Of a stretch of 64,000 bases of DNA, positions 25,161-37,799 are shown piece after piece. The stretch is taken from assembly GCA_021613535.1 (NCBI GenBank), contig CP075492.1, forward strand, positions 6,634,001 to 6,698,000, read 5' to 3'. The position numbers and the translations under genes are program-made. The DNA comes from Adineta vaga (lineage: Eukaryota > Animalia > Rotifera). The notes beneath the pieces are model-generated. The model searched no databases and was not told the origin of the DNA. It was given only the letters and a program-made list of their open reading frames with translations. Numbering within the stretch: the first letter of the stretch is position 1; every line of letters starts with the position of its first letter.

Positions 25161-28100
25161 ATGAATTATCATCGTCGTCAAGCAGATGATAGTTCCGATC
25201 AATTCTTCAAATATTTCTCCAGTCATGAAGGTTGTCGAATATTATCTTCAATTATTAATGATGAATATAAAATACTTCAAGAGACGAAAAAATTACTCGA
25301 AAAACGAATTGTACTTGATGAACAGTATGCCAAAAATTTGCAAGATTTAGCAGTAAGTGCAGATCGAATTGCATATCCAATGACTACACATTCGATTGTT
25401 TCGGTAGGATAAAAAGAATTTGTTATTCAATGAAAAATATTCAGACATCTTGTTTTTCTTCAGACATCACGAGATGTTTTTCTTCAATGGTCACATTTAG
25501 CTACAACAATTAGATTACAAGCTGAAAAATGTCGAAAGAATGTTGTTGAAAATTTATTAAAAAATTTAATGGAAGAAAAACTTGATTCAAAAAAGTATCT
25601 CGAAGAAGAAAAACGTCGATATGATAATGATCATCGAAAAGTAAGTTTCATCTCTCTCTCTCTCTCTCTTCCATAAGAAGTTTAATTATTTATTTCAATG
25701 TAGTAGAAGAAAATTCTGTTTGTACGGTAAGTTGCATGTCTATATAGTAAACATTTTGGAATGTTATTTTATCTATGCATCGAAATTCGATTGTTTTGAT
25801 TGATTTATTCCAAAAAAGATTCTCATCATTTAGGTACAAAATGATATCGTCGAAGTTGAAAAACATTATTCCGACGAAATGAAAATATACATGGCAAAGT
25901 GTAATGAATTAACAAAACTTCAGAATAGTAAGTTTTTGATTTTTTCTTGCGCTTGAGATAAGAATATCGAGTATTTTTGTCAAGCAGACATATTGAATAT
26001 TACGAGTGAATGAATTAATTTCGATCTTATATCTATTTAGATGCTCGAAAAGGCGATGATTCTCGAATTAAACATTTGAAAGATGTAGTGATTGATAAAC
26101 GAGGCTGTGTCTATCGTGCACATAATGAATATCTGAATACGATTCGAGAATACAATTTCGATGATGAACAATATATTGAAACTGTAAGAAATCTAGTTAG
26201 ATATCATGAAGAAAGTCAACTGATTATGAACAAATCATGGTATTTTTGTTAAGATTCTTTTGAATAATTTATACTACAAAAAAATATTCTTCATCAATAG
26301 GCAAAGTTTACTTGATGGAATAGCAAATTATTCGAATTCTTCTTATTCGGAGCAATTGAAAGCAATGGAAACTTCGCGACAAATGATTTTTTCGGTTGAT
26401 CCACGTCATTGTTATGATGAGATATGTAATGTACATTCCAAGTTTGTTCTTCTTCTTCTTCGATTTCTTATCTTTTATTTCTAATTTGTCTAATTTATTG
26501 ATTTAGTATCCCTCCGTTGACAACAAATCCAGAAATATTCAATCAATTACTTCTTCAATCTTCCAATCTTTCAAAACTGAAAGCTGATCAATTTATTGTT
26601 GATAATTCTACGAAACAAGATTTAAAACAAAAGTTTGAATGAATTTTATTTTGGAATCATCATCAAGTTCTTGCTTTAGACTAGACATTTTAACGAATAA
26701 TATCAATGAATTGATTCCGAAAATAAGCAATTCATCGGAAGATAAACTGTTTGTTATGCCAAGATTCTTGCTCTGCGATCTACAATTTCATGTTGTTTTT
26801 AGAACGTTTTCTATTCGAAAGGATAAATTTCAACAAGAACAACAAAGACATTATTTAAAAATGAGAAGAAAATGGGAACAAAAATTACTTAATGAATTGA
26901 AAGAAATTCTGACAAATTTTGGATATAGACTTGATGATGAAGAATCTAAAGTTGATTCGGATGATGAAGTAAGAATGAATAATTCAAATATAATCGATCT
27001 TCTATGTATTTTGTCTAGTTAACTGATCGACTCGAAGATCAAGCCTATTTTCATGGTGTTGTACCACGTAATCAAATTATTAGTCAATTGAAAGAAAAAG
27101 GTGATTATTTAGTTCGAATTAATGAACAAGGTCGAATTGTTTTAACAATTTATTGGTCGGATCCAAGTAATCCCGTTGGATTAAAAGATTCACATTATTT
27201 TATTAATGAAGAACGACAAGTAACTTGAAGAATATCCAACAGATTAGTCATTATGTTTATTTGTATAGATGTTTTCATTGCAATTCCATGGAATTACTAA
27301 ACCGACAGTCAATGAATTAATTTCATTCTATAAAAGACAAAAATTAGAATTACGAGAAGATGGTATACGTTTAATTCGGCCGATAACAAGACCAGATTAT
27401 ATAATTAACAATGATGAAGTTCATATAATGGAAATCCTAGGAAAAGTAGAGATCAATCAATTTGAGTAAGATATTATTGATCTAGAATTTATTTTTAGGG
27501 TCATTTTGGTGAAGTTGTTCGCGGTGAATATCATGGTCAAAATGTGGCTGTAAAAATTCTTCATTCGTCTACAATTGATCGAACTAATGAAGATCGTCAA
27601 AGTTTTATTAATGAAGCACTTTTACTTCAACAATACAAACATAAAAATATTGTTAAAGTTCTTGGTATTGCTGCAATACGTGATCCAATGATGATTATTA
27701 TGGAATTAGTTGAACGTAACTTAAATTGAATGGATTCTATGATTTTGTTTTTACTGAAAAAGTTCAAATATATTTTAGAAGGAAGTTTGAATAGCTATTT
27801 GAAAAAACAAGATCTTCGTATTTCACAATTGATACAAATATGTTATGATATTGCTAAAGGAATGGCTTATTTAGAACAATGTAATATTATTCATCGGTAT
27901 ATTTCTTTTTTGTTTTAGAAGACAATGTTGAGCCAACGAATAAATTGACTTCTTTTTTTTCTACAGAGATTTAGCAACTCGAAATTGTTTAGTAGATAAA
28001 AAAGGTCGAATAAAAGTTGCTGATTTTGGTTTGTCAAGATGTTTACAATCTGATGAAGAATATTTCTGTCAAGTAAGAGAAGCTCCAGTACGTTGGTGGG

Positions 28101-28506
28101 CTATTGAACTCTTTTCCAATGGTTTGTTTTTCTCTGAAAACAAGATAGAAATCGATTTGTAGTAATCATAATCTTCTTATATCTTCCAGCACCTTATACA
28201 ATCAAATCCGATGTTTGGTCGTATGGTGTCACAGTTTGGGAAGTTTTCTCCAAAGTAAATATACCTTATACACATATTCAATACAATCATCACGTCATTG
28301 ATGCAATCAAACAAGGTAAACTCATTTGATATTACTCTCAGTATAAGAAAATCGTGCTTTATTTAGGTGAACGTTTAAAACAACCGAGCAAATGTCCTTC
28401 GAAGATATTTTGTATGATGGAATCATGTTGGCTTACACATCCGAAAGATCGGCCTAGTTTTGAAAAACTTGTTGAACTTTTAAAAAAAGAAAAATCTTTA
28501 TTTTAA
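25161..28506 (+). CDS. Fer: Fer/Fes-family non-receptor tyrosine kinase (F-BAR, SH2, kinase)
   Basis: F-BAR-like start (LEKRIVLDEQYAKNL), SH2 (YFHG..GDYLVR) and kinase motifs GKGHFGEV, VAVK, HRDLATRN, DFG, KSDVWSYG across many short introns. Stop TAA at 28504-28506. Confidence 0.9.
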
Positions 28507-28544
28507 TACATATTTGTTTTTGTATGTGATTCTATTTTGTAGAT

Positions 28545-28854
28545 ATGCCTCATTTACTTATTAGTACACGTATTCGTCTTGAACCAGGTCCAACTATTGT
28601 CGGCGATGAACGAGCAGATCCAGAAGTAATGAATTATTTAGGTGCTATACTAGTTCATGAAAAATGCAACAATTAGTAAGTAATCAGTTGAAATAATCAT
28701 AGAGTAACTATGCAAAATCTTTCATTCTAGTTCAGAATATCGAACAGAAGATTGTGCACGAGTTGTTCTTGATAAATTAGAAAAAGTTGGTTATCGTGTT
28801 ATATCTATGACTGGTATTGGTCAAACATGTGTTTGGTTGTTACATAAAGATTAA
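28545..28854 (+). CDS. GCHFR: GTP cyclohydrolase I feedback regulatory protein (exons 28545-28675, 28731-28854)
   Basis: Manual translation: MPHLLISTRIRLEPGPTIVGDERADPEVMNYLG...RVVLDKLEKVGYRVISMTGIGQTCVWLLHKD*, collinear with GFRP. Not in the ORF track. Confidence 0.95.
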
Positions 28855-29223
28855 TCTCATTCTTAATCGAATCTCATTTTGGTGCAATGTATAATATGAT
28901 TTTTTTTCTTCTTTCTTTGTCAATCTTCTGTACTGTATTTGAGCGAAATAAAGTAGTGAATATAGAGTCAAAAGAAAAACATGATAACCAATCAACACAC
29001 GAAAAAAAACAGTAAATGAATGAGCATAAATCTAAAGAAAACAGTGCGTACATACACAAATAAAACCACAAACAGCACACGAGATAAAGTCTTTTTTTTC
29101 ATCTCTGTCGATCATCTGTCGCAAAAAAAAATAGAATGTTGTTTGTTCGCTCATACATGACTTGAGAAAAGAAAAGTGAGCTATTGCAAAGAGTAGCGCA
29201 TATACAAATAAATAATCAAATCG

Positions 29224-31051
29224 TTAACGACATTCCCAAACTTTTACTGTTGTATCCACACTACCCGTAATCACATATGGTTTAGTTCGATGCATATCTA
29301 AAGAAAAAACTTCATTCGAAAAACAAAAACCTAAATAAAGTTTATTTGTTCTTACCAAGTGAAGTACAAAAATGAGTGTGAGCATCAATGGTTTTCGTAT
29401 TTCGACGATTTTTTATATCCCAAACACGAAGAGTTTTATCATCGGAACAACTCAAGAGATATTTTCCACCTGGATGAAAAAGAAGACCACGTATCCAATT
29501 ATCGTGACCAGTCTAGAAAATAAAAAAACATTTGAATAAAAAACATTTATTTATTTGATTTATTTACCAATATAAATAAAGCTAATCCATTAGTTACATC
29601 CCAAATTCGAATTGTCTTATCACGTGCACCGGAAACAAGATAAGGACCAGAACGTTGTTGTCCCTACGAAATAATTATTTGCTTTAAATAGGATTTAAAC
29701 AAAAATAAATTACTTCAGTTACACCATTTGCTATTGGTTCTGCTATATGACATCCAGCTGAATCAGGTGCCCAAGCAATACATTCTATGACATTGTCATG
29801 ACCACGTAATTCACTCTTACATTCACCACTTGGCAATGACCATATTCTTATGGTCTATTTAAATAATCGAGAATTTATTCAAGACAAAAAATAAAACATG
29901 TCTTACATGATCTACGGATGAACTTGCCAATAATGTACTATCTTCATAAACACGTACCATACGAACCCATTCATGATGGCCCACAAGAGTTTTAATGCAA
30001 AATCTATTTAAAACAAAATTATTTTAATAAATGATATTTTTTCATTAGATAGAAATTTACGTTGTTGTTACTTCCCAGATTTTAATCGTTTTATCACGAC
30101 TACATGATATGATATGATCACCACTAGGAGTAAATGTTACCGAAGATACATTATGATCATGACCTGAAAAGATTCAAATTATTGAATGAATACTACATTT
30201 TATTTTTGCATTTACCATGCATTGTTTTTACACATTGAAAAGTTTGAAAATCCCATAATCTAACACTCAGATCAGCAGAGCATGATACTAAATTCAATCA
30301 TTTATTTACTTTTCACTATTTTTATCAATCGAACAACTCACCTAACCATTTGCCAGTACGATCAAAAGCAATATCTTGTACTGGAGCTGTATGACCTTTC
30401 AATGTTCTTTCATGTTCACCTGATTCATAATCCCATATCTATCGAAAATATTGTTATGTTTGCATGTTCTATAGACTCGAATGACTGTTTAATATACTTT
30501 AATAGTCGCATCTTCACTCGATGATGCTATAACATCAAAAGTGGGATGAAAGACAACGTGTGTTACCGTATCTCGATGTCCTTTTAATTCGAATTTTTCA
30601 GGAGGTCGAGGTACCCATTCAGTGGGGGAACGTTTTTCTCTTGTCGGACCACCGGTTGTTGCTTCTTGAAGAGCTTCTTGAAGTTTTAACTCCAAATCCA
30701 TGACCTGAAAATAATTGTCAATGAAATTTATCAGCATGAATTTTTCTCACTTTTTTTTGCAATCGTATCACTGATGTCCATTTTTTCTCCAATTGATCTT
30801 TCTTATCCGTACTATCATTTATTGACTAAAATATTTCAACAAATAAAATATGGAACCAATTTTTTCGACATACAATATTTGCTTCTCTACAAAATTCTTT
30901 ACATGATATTGTATAACCATTTATCCCTAGATAATCAGCGATCGCTTGATTACTAAATAAGCAATTAAAAGTCTTGTGTGTGTGTGTGTGTTTTGAATTA
31001 AAAAAGAACTCATTCTTACAGTTCATTCTTTTGTTTTTCGGAAAGAACCAT
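29224..31051 (-). CDS. PAFAH1B1: Lissencephaly-1 (LisH + WD40)
   Basis: [11 protein letters not shown]|[25 protein letters not shown]40 repeats and C-terminal VKVWECR*, across multiple introns. Confidence 0.95.
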
Positions 31052-31182
31052 GATAAATACTGACACATAGGCACTTAGGAATGTATTTTCATTATCTAAA
31101 ATAATCGATTTTCTTTTGACATTATTACAATAATGAAAGCAATGTACAAGCACTGTAAGAACAAAACAAAAAGATTATTTAT

Positions 31183-32451
31183 TTACACAACAAGAAAATC
31201 TTCTTCGGAATAATAATCGGGCGGGGGTTCATTACTAGTTGGAATTGTTGAAATTGTTGCCGGTAATGATCGTTCAATAAATAATGGTTGTTCACGTCGT
31301 GACCAATCATCTATCAACCTAGAAAACGACAGATGATTATTTTTATAACTGTATCTATTTTGTTCTTTCGTTTCCAATAGTACATATTGAATATCTATAG
31401 TATATCACTGATATATTATATCTTTTCTTTAGGTTGTCACTCAATCGATGGGCACTCGTTGCGAGAAACAGTTTTGGTGTCAGCTGTGCTCTTCTTCTTT
31501 TAAGAAAAATGTCATCGAGATACTTTTCAAATTAGTAATAAGAGCAACATTTGATTGACAGAATGATGCTATTATATACTATTGATTTGGTAAAGATGGT
31601 TTCAAACCAAAAAATTTACCGATCAAAATGTTCTTCTTCATATGTTGGATATTTTCGAAGAAGTGTACAAGCAATTGCCAACATGAGAAGACCATTGGCT
31701 ATAACTACAAGATAATATGCTATATCAAATTGTACTTCAATTTTTGTGCCAATTTTCGAACGAGTTTTATCTTGTATTTCATAGATTAATTCCGATGCAT
31801 AAAAACATAGGCCAATGACAATTGTACATAGAATAACTGGAAAATAAAATGAATGAAAAGTCTGAAACACAAAAAATAGAGGAAGAATTTATTACCCGAT
31901 AAAATATGCCAAAATGCATGGCGTCTCATGAATTTCAATCCATATCTCATTGGTCCAAGTGCATCAAGTAAAAATCCAATAGTTGACGAAACAATCGCTA
32001 AACAAATGAATGTGATCATTAATCGAAGTATTAATATTGAACGTGTATCAACACATCCAGTTAATTCTATAAATAAAATTAAAAAAAAACAATCTTATAA
32101 TATTAATAATAATAATATACCAATATAATCGTTTGGTTTAAATTGATAAATATCATTCATTGGAGCTGATGGATCCCATAGAATAGGCGCACGAATAACA
32201 AACAATTTTCCGACAGAAAAAAACATATTTAAACCAAGATATCTTGAATTACATAGACCACCATGTAACCAAAACCAACGATAATCAGATAGACTAACAG
32301 CTAATGTTGCAACAGCAAACATACTACATATTGCTGCTGCATAATTGCGTTCATGTTTTTTTCTAATCTGATCTTCTTGATGAGAATTTCTTGTAAATGT
32401 TAAATAGGATCGTAAACGTGAGAAGAATTGATGATGATTTGATGGTGACAT
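31183..32451 (-). CDS. TMEM127: Transmembrane protein 127
   Basis: WFWLHGGLC, FLLDALGP..MRRHAFWHIL, FYASELI, LLRKYPTYEEE and C-terminal PPPDY all match TMEM127. Several introns. Confidence 0.9.
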
Positions 32452-33081
32452 GATTCTTTTTTTCGATTTAGAAATTCTATAGTAAAATTAATACCATTGT
32501 TTACTCTGATGTAAATGAATTTGATATTTTTATTGGAGAATTTAAATAACTATTGTGAATTGAAGGAAAGATGAGGATGGATGAGGAGAGGAGTTGTTTT
32601 ATTTATTTGTTAATGATTGGTTCAAAAATTTCATCAAAATATTTGCTGTGAAGAAAGATGGCAGTATCGTCGGGAATGCATTACCTTTCCTCATCTCTGA
32701 ACATTGTTTCATGTACATCATCATTTCACGTATAATCGTGATGATGGATTGTTATTTTCAATTTGCTTGTCTAACAACATCATATTATTGATCTAAAAAC
32801 GTATGCATTTATACATCGTATGACTGTATTTGATTGATGAAAATAAAAACACATGTTATGAAGAAAATATTTCGATCGTATCAAGCACACATGTTTATGT
32901 AACGGTAAATAAATTGAATGCGTAGGAATAACTGTAACGGATGGCTGAATGCATGTCTTTTACCATTGAAATTTGAACGAGTAATTGATTCTATATTTAA
33001 TATATAAATATTTCTCGATTGACATCAGTCATGAATATTTTTTCTTTTCTTAACTTTTTTTTTTACATCTGATAATAAAAT

Positions 33082-34424
33082 ATGGATGTAAACAGAAGTG
33101 AATATCGAGCTGTTAACACGAATAATGATTTACCAGTAGCATCTAGTTATCGTTTTGTTAATAAAAATGGACGTATTAATGTAACTTATACATCAATTGG
33201 ACGTTTGAAACATATACATTCAAATTTTATTCTTTTCATTATGAAAACAGAATGGTGGCTTGTTGTGACATTTCTATTATTTGGTTTAGCATTTAGTTGG
33301 TTTTTCTTTGCTTTTTTATATTTTCTTGTATCAATTGAACATGGAGATTTTGTTCTAAATGAAGATGATGAAGATTTAGCGAACAATCAAACAGATTTCA
33401 CTTTAAAAACGACATTCATACCGAAAGCAATGTGTGTTCAAAATGTTCATAATTTTCTAAGTGCATTACTTTTTTCAATTGAAACTCAACATACTATTGG
33501 CTATGGTTCAAGATATATTACTACAGAATGTATGGGTGGTATTCTTATCCTTACATTACAATGTTCATTAGGATATTTACTACAAGTTATTGTTACACAA
33601 ATCGTCTTTACAAAAATATCAAGACCAACAGGTAAAAATCAAATCAGTATACTTCGAAAAAGCTAAAATTGTTTCTTCATAGAAAAATCTCGTATTGTTG
33701 TTTTCAGTGATAATGCACTTATAATTCCACGTGATAGACAATTGACATTAAATTTTCGAATAGGTAAAAAGATACTGGCTTGAAAAAAACAACACAAAGT
33801 TTGCAAGAGATCTTCTTTTTTTTTATAGGAAATCTATCCGTGTCACAATTGATTTTTGCTAGTGTTCGTTTATTAATGATTCGTGAACGACGAACAAACG
33901 AAGGTGAAATTATTCCTCATCAAATTCATGATATGCAACTAACACATCTACGTAATGGACAGTTATTTTTCCCGCGACCATTCGTCGTAGAACATGTGAT
34001 TGATCGTTTCAGTCCACTTTATGGCATTCAGCGATCAGCATTGGCACAAGCCAATTTTGAAATTATTGCTATTATTGAAGGTATTTTTGATTATACTGGT
34101 TTTTCATGTCATTTTCGAACGTCTTATTTACCGAATGAACTTCTATGGGGTTATGAATTTTCTTCATGTGATTCAACACTGGAAGGTTTTGACTACAGCC
34201 AATTTAATCGATCAAAATTAGTTTACGCTCGACCTCTTTGGAATTATGAAGATGAACGCAGTGTTGAATCAACAGCAGCTAATTCACCAACAAGTCCACA
34301 TTATTCTCATAATCATCCTGTCTTTTTTCCGAATTCAAATTTCAATAATCAATCTCATCGATTAACAACGACTGATAGGTTTCACGATATTGAAGAAAAA
34401 CTAGAAAGAACCACTTTAGTATAA
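33082..34424 (+). CDS. Inward-rectifier K+ channel (Kir) subunit
   Basis: SALLFSIETQHTIGYGSRYITTEC pore signature, FEIIAIIEG G-loop and RTSYLPNELLWG. Introns at ~33632-33682 and ~33763-33828. Confidence 0.92.
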
Positions 34425-34625
34425 TTTAGTTATATATATATATCAAACTAGGAAAACTATGTTTATTTTTGAATGAATGAGTTATTATGATTCATCTGAC
34501 GTGTATGTGTATGTATCTAATGTTATATCATCAATAAATTTTAGAACACAATCGAAACTTAGAAATCGCTTGTTATTTATTGAACAAATTGACTCACAAT
34601 CTTCTATTAACTAGATAAAATAGAG

Positions 34626-34934
34626 TTATTTTCTAGAAAGTAAATTTAAATTAATTTGCTTATTTTGTTCGTTGATATTTATTTGAGATGTATCCGATGG
34701 TGATTGTTGTTTTGATCGTCGATATTGAAATGATTTTCGTGCAGAATAGTTACTACTTCGTTCATTTGATAGTTCATAGTCGCTAATATTAAATTCCGGT
34801 GGTTTCTTTGCAAGGAATAAACATATTATAATAAGAATAAGAATTAAAATACATAGAATACTAGTTGTCGAGACAAAATATCCCATGGAAATAGATGAAT
34901 CAGGTGGCAAGAGAGATTGTGTTTGGTTATCCAT
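34626..34934 (-). CDS. Small single-pass membrane protein (~102 aa), unknown function
   Basis: ATG at 34934. One strong hydrophobic helix (ILCILILILIIICLFL) followed by KK and a polar tail. Confidence 0.5.
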   Translation of the reverse strand: MDNQTQSLLPPDSSISMGYFVSTTSILCILILILIIICLFLAKKPPEFNISDYELSNERSSNYSARKSFQYRRSKQQSPSDTSQININEQNKQINLNLLSRK

Positions 34935-35612
34935 AGTAACAATTGTGTGTAAACAAAAATGATTGTAGAAATAGAATGAAACAACAGACAATTCTTTTCA
35001 TTTCAAATAAAGAAGTCATCGATGTCATAGAAAAACTTGATCATCCATGTTGTAGTATCATATATGGCATACTTAATTATACTATTCTCAATTCTTGAAA
35101 ACAAATTTCGTCAGCAAAGAGTTGACTGAATGTTAGAAGAGATGACGTGTATGATCTGGACATTTCTTGAACGATACCTGATTTCTTCTGTGTATTTTGG
35201 TATAGAGAGATGATTCCATCAAATGTTACTAATTTTTCTTCCTAGTCGTTTTTTGTTGGAAGTTTGATCATAATTTTGGTGAATAATCAAATTATACTCT
35301 GAAATCTCGATGAATAAATCAGTACTTCAAATATTTTTCTCCCACACAATATTTACATTCATTTTTTCATTGTGTAGGTATTTATTTTTATTACTAACAT
35401 GATAATGATAAGAGAAGACAGCTAATAAACCCTTCTTCTCCTTTTTTCTTCTTCACTCTGTGAGAGAGTCATATAAAAAATATTTGAGATAAGAAAGAAA
35501 AAATAGACGACTACTTTTACCTATAAAAACACATGTAAAGTCACATAAATTAGTTAGAAGAGATTTTAACGAACACATTCAACTACATTAACATTTATTG
35601 TAATACGAAACA

Positions 35613-35894
35613 ATGTCGGGAACAAAACAATGGCCAGAATTAGTCGGTAAAACATTCGAAGAAGCATCCAAAGCAATCACTGCTCAAGATAGCAGTAAGA
35701 ATTTTTACAAACACACACTCTTTCTCTCACGTGTGGTCGAATAAAAACAAAACTATCTTTCTTTCATTATAGGTTTAGAACCTTACAATGCACGAAATGG
35801 TATGCAAGATAGAATGTTCAATCCACAACGTGTTGTTTGTGTAACAGATGACAATGATGTTGTAACTGAAACACCAACTTATAATAATAATTGA
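35613..35894 (+). CDS. Potato inhibitor I family (CI-2/eglin c-like) serine protease inhibitor, 67 aa (exons 35613-35694, 35773-35894)
   Basis: Manual translation: MSGTKQWPELVGKTFEEASKAITAQDSSLEPYNARNGMQDRMFNPQRVVCVTDDNDVVTETPTYNNN*. Carries the WPELVG signature. TATAAAA at ~35523 and AATAAA at ~35995. Not in the ORF track. Confidence 0.88.
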
Positions 35895-36362
35895 TACTAA
35901 TTCGAATGATTATGTATTCAATTATTTTAAGGACATTTTGTAGAAGAAAACTGAAATGTTAAAAAGAAAAAGAACGAAACGATTTTATATATTCAATAAA
36001 TGTAATTCTTGAATTTCACGAATAATCGATTTATCTGTTCTTTTAATTGTTCATATGCAAAATATCTCGTAAGATTATCTAGAATAAGTTAGAAAGTTCT
36101 CAATCATCAATTCTTATGTGGTTTTTTATTTCAAAATATCAAAGTTAGCTGCTCCTTTTACTCTTTGTGAATCATAAAAACATCATTTTTATGGTAAGCG
36201 CTGAAGAGTACTGATGTTTTTTATTATGTGATTTCAAAAGAAATATCTTGTTAACCTTCATCGAATGTTTTATAACAATATTTAGAATATCTAGGTAAAT
36301 ACATGCCAAAAATAGAGTGTATGTATGCTATCTGTAGATGTAGTTTCAAGAGAAGTTTGTCT

Positions 36363-36386
36363 GAGAGAGAGAGAGAGAGAGAGAGA
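36363..36386. repeat. (GA)n microsatellite
   Basis: Directly visible. Confidence 0.85.
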
Positions 36387-36490
36387 TAATATTTTAATGA
36401 TAAAAATGCAAACGGAGAAAAACAATATATATATATATATGCATTGTAGTATTAATTGAGAATTCGTCATAGATAAATATGAATATAATA

Positions 36491-36670
36491 ACCCAGATCA
36501 AACAATCCGGTCCGGAACCGTCCAATTCCAGGACCTTCCCGAGATTTCATGGAAGCAGTATTCCGGTGACCAAATCCTGTCATCCGATTTACCCGGTTTT
36601 ATTAGGAACCGACAAGAACATGCCATAACCAATAAGCAGAATACTGCTTCCAGGAACCATCATCCAGGGG
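36491..36670. mobile_element. Probable non-autonomous (MITE-like) element or fragment
   Basis: GC-elevated 180-bp island in AT-rich DNA with a perfect 14-bp internal inverted repeat (36550-36563 / 36639-36652) and TA-rich flanks. Confidence 0.5.
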
Positions 36671-37799
36671 TATATAGGTATACATATATATGTTTTTTCT
36701 TCTTCAACTTTGTCTCTTTCTCATTGCTTTCTCTATGACAGTATGTTATTGTTTCGTTTTTCTCTCTCTCTCTCTCTCTTTCTATGTCTTTGTTATACAT
36801 ATAGAGTTATTTTTTTTCCTTTTAATTCAGTGTCTCTTGTTGCTGCTTTCTGTCCTTGTTTAACCCCAAAAAACACCACCATTATCATCACTTATACCTT
36901 ACATCATTATTTGGTACGGTAGGCTTGATTCTCATTCTAAGATTTCTCGATATCGATCGACTCAGATTCACTATATATTGATCCAGTCTTAGTATTATAT
37001 TGGAGTTTATTCATCACATTCATATCCCCATCGCAAGAGCCTCACAAAGATTGGAAATCTTTATATCGCAACTTTAGATTTTAGCATTTCTATTCCATCT
37101 CAAATGAGTTTTCCAGCACCATACCAGTCTTTTGCTGCTGTTTCTCTTTTTACCAGAATGGTGTATTGGTTTTGTAACATTATTTGCAATATTCGTAATA
37201 GTAGAAATATATATGTGGTTACATCATTTTGAAATTTCTCAGAAATGACTGACAATTCTAAACGGTCTCGTAATGCTTTAGTTGTATTCTGAAACTTAAG
37301 TATATAATAAATAATACTTTTTCTATAAACAATGACTGAAATTAACGAGCATCTTTTATAATGTACATATGACATGTATATAGATATTCTTATACGACAT
37401 ACATCGCTAAAAAGTGTGCATTTCCTTATTAGTTTTCTTGCAATTAAGAAATCTGTGACTTAAAATATAATCATAAATCGATTTCTTTTCATAAAAGCCA
37501 TTCTGAATTTTCTTCTTGAAAAGGGTCATAACGAATCTCTCGGATAAGCGTTACTTGTCATTTATTCATTTATGAAACATTCGTATAGCTCCTTATTTAT
37601 CCTCTGTAGTCGACGCTACTGAGTTGAGTGCATTTATCTACCTCTATATATACGAAATGATGCCGTGTTCGTGAACTAACTTCTAGAGTGATAAGAAAAA
37701 CCCGACTCGCCCGACATTAGATTTTTAAAAACGGCTGAGGAAAAATTCAAATAAAAACAAAGTTTGACTTGTCGAGTCCTACGAGCAGCAACGTTTGCG

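Noticed and set aside
36930-37375. Possible gene or transposon remnant (91-aa minus ORF)
   Set aside because: No recognisable domain; frames break quickly.
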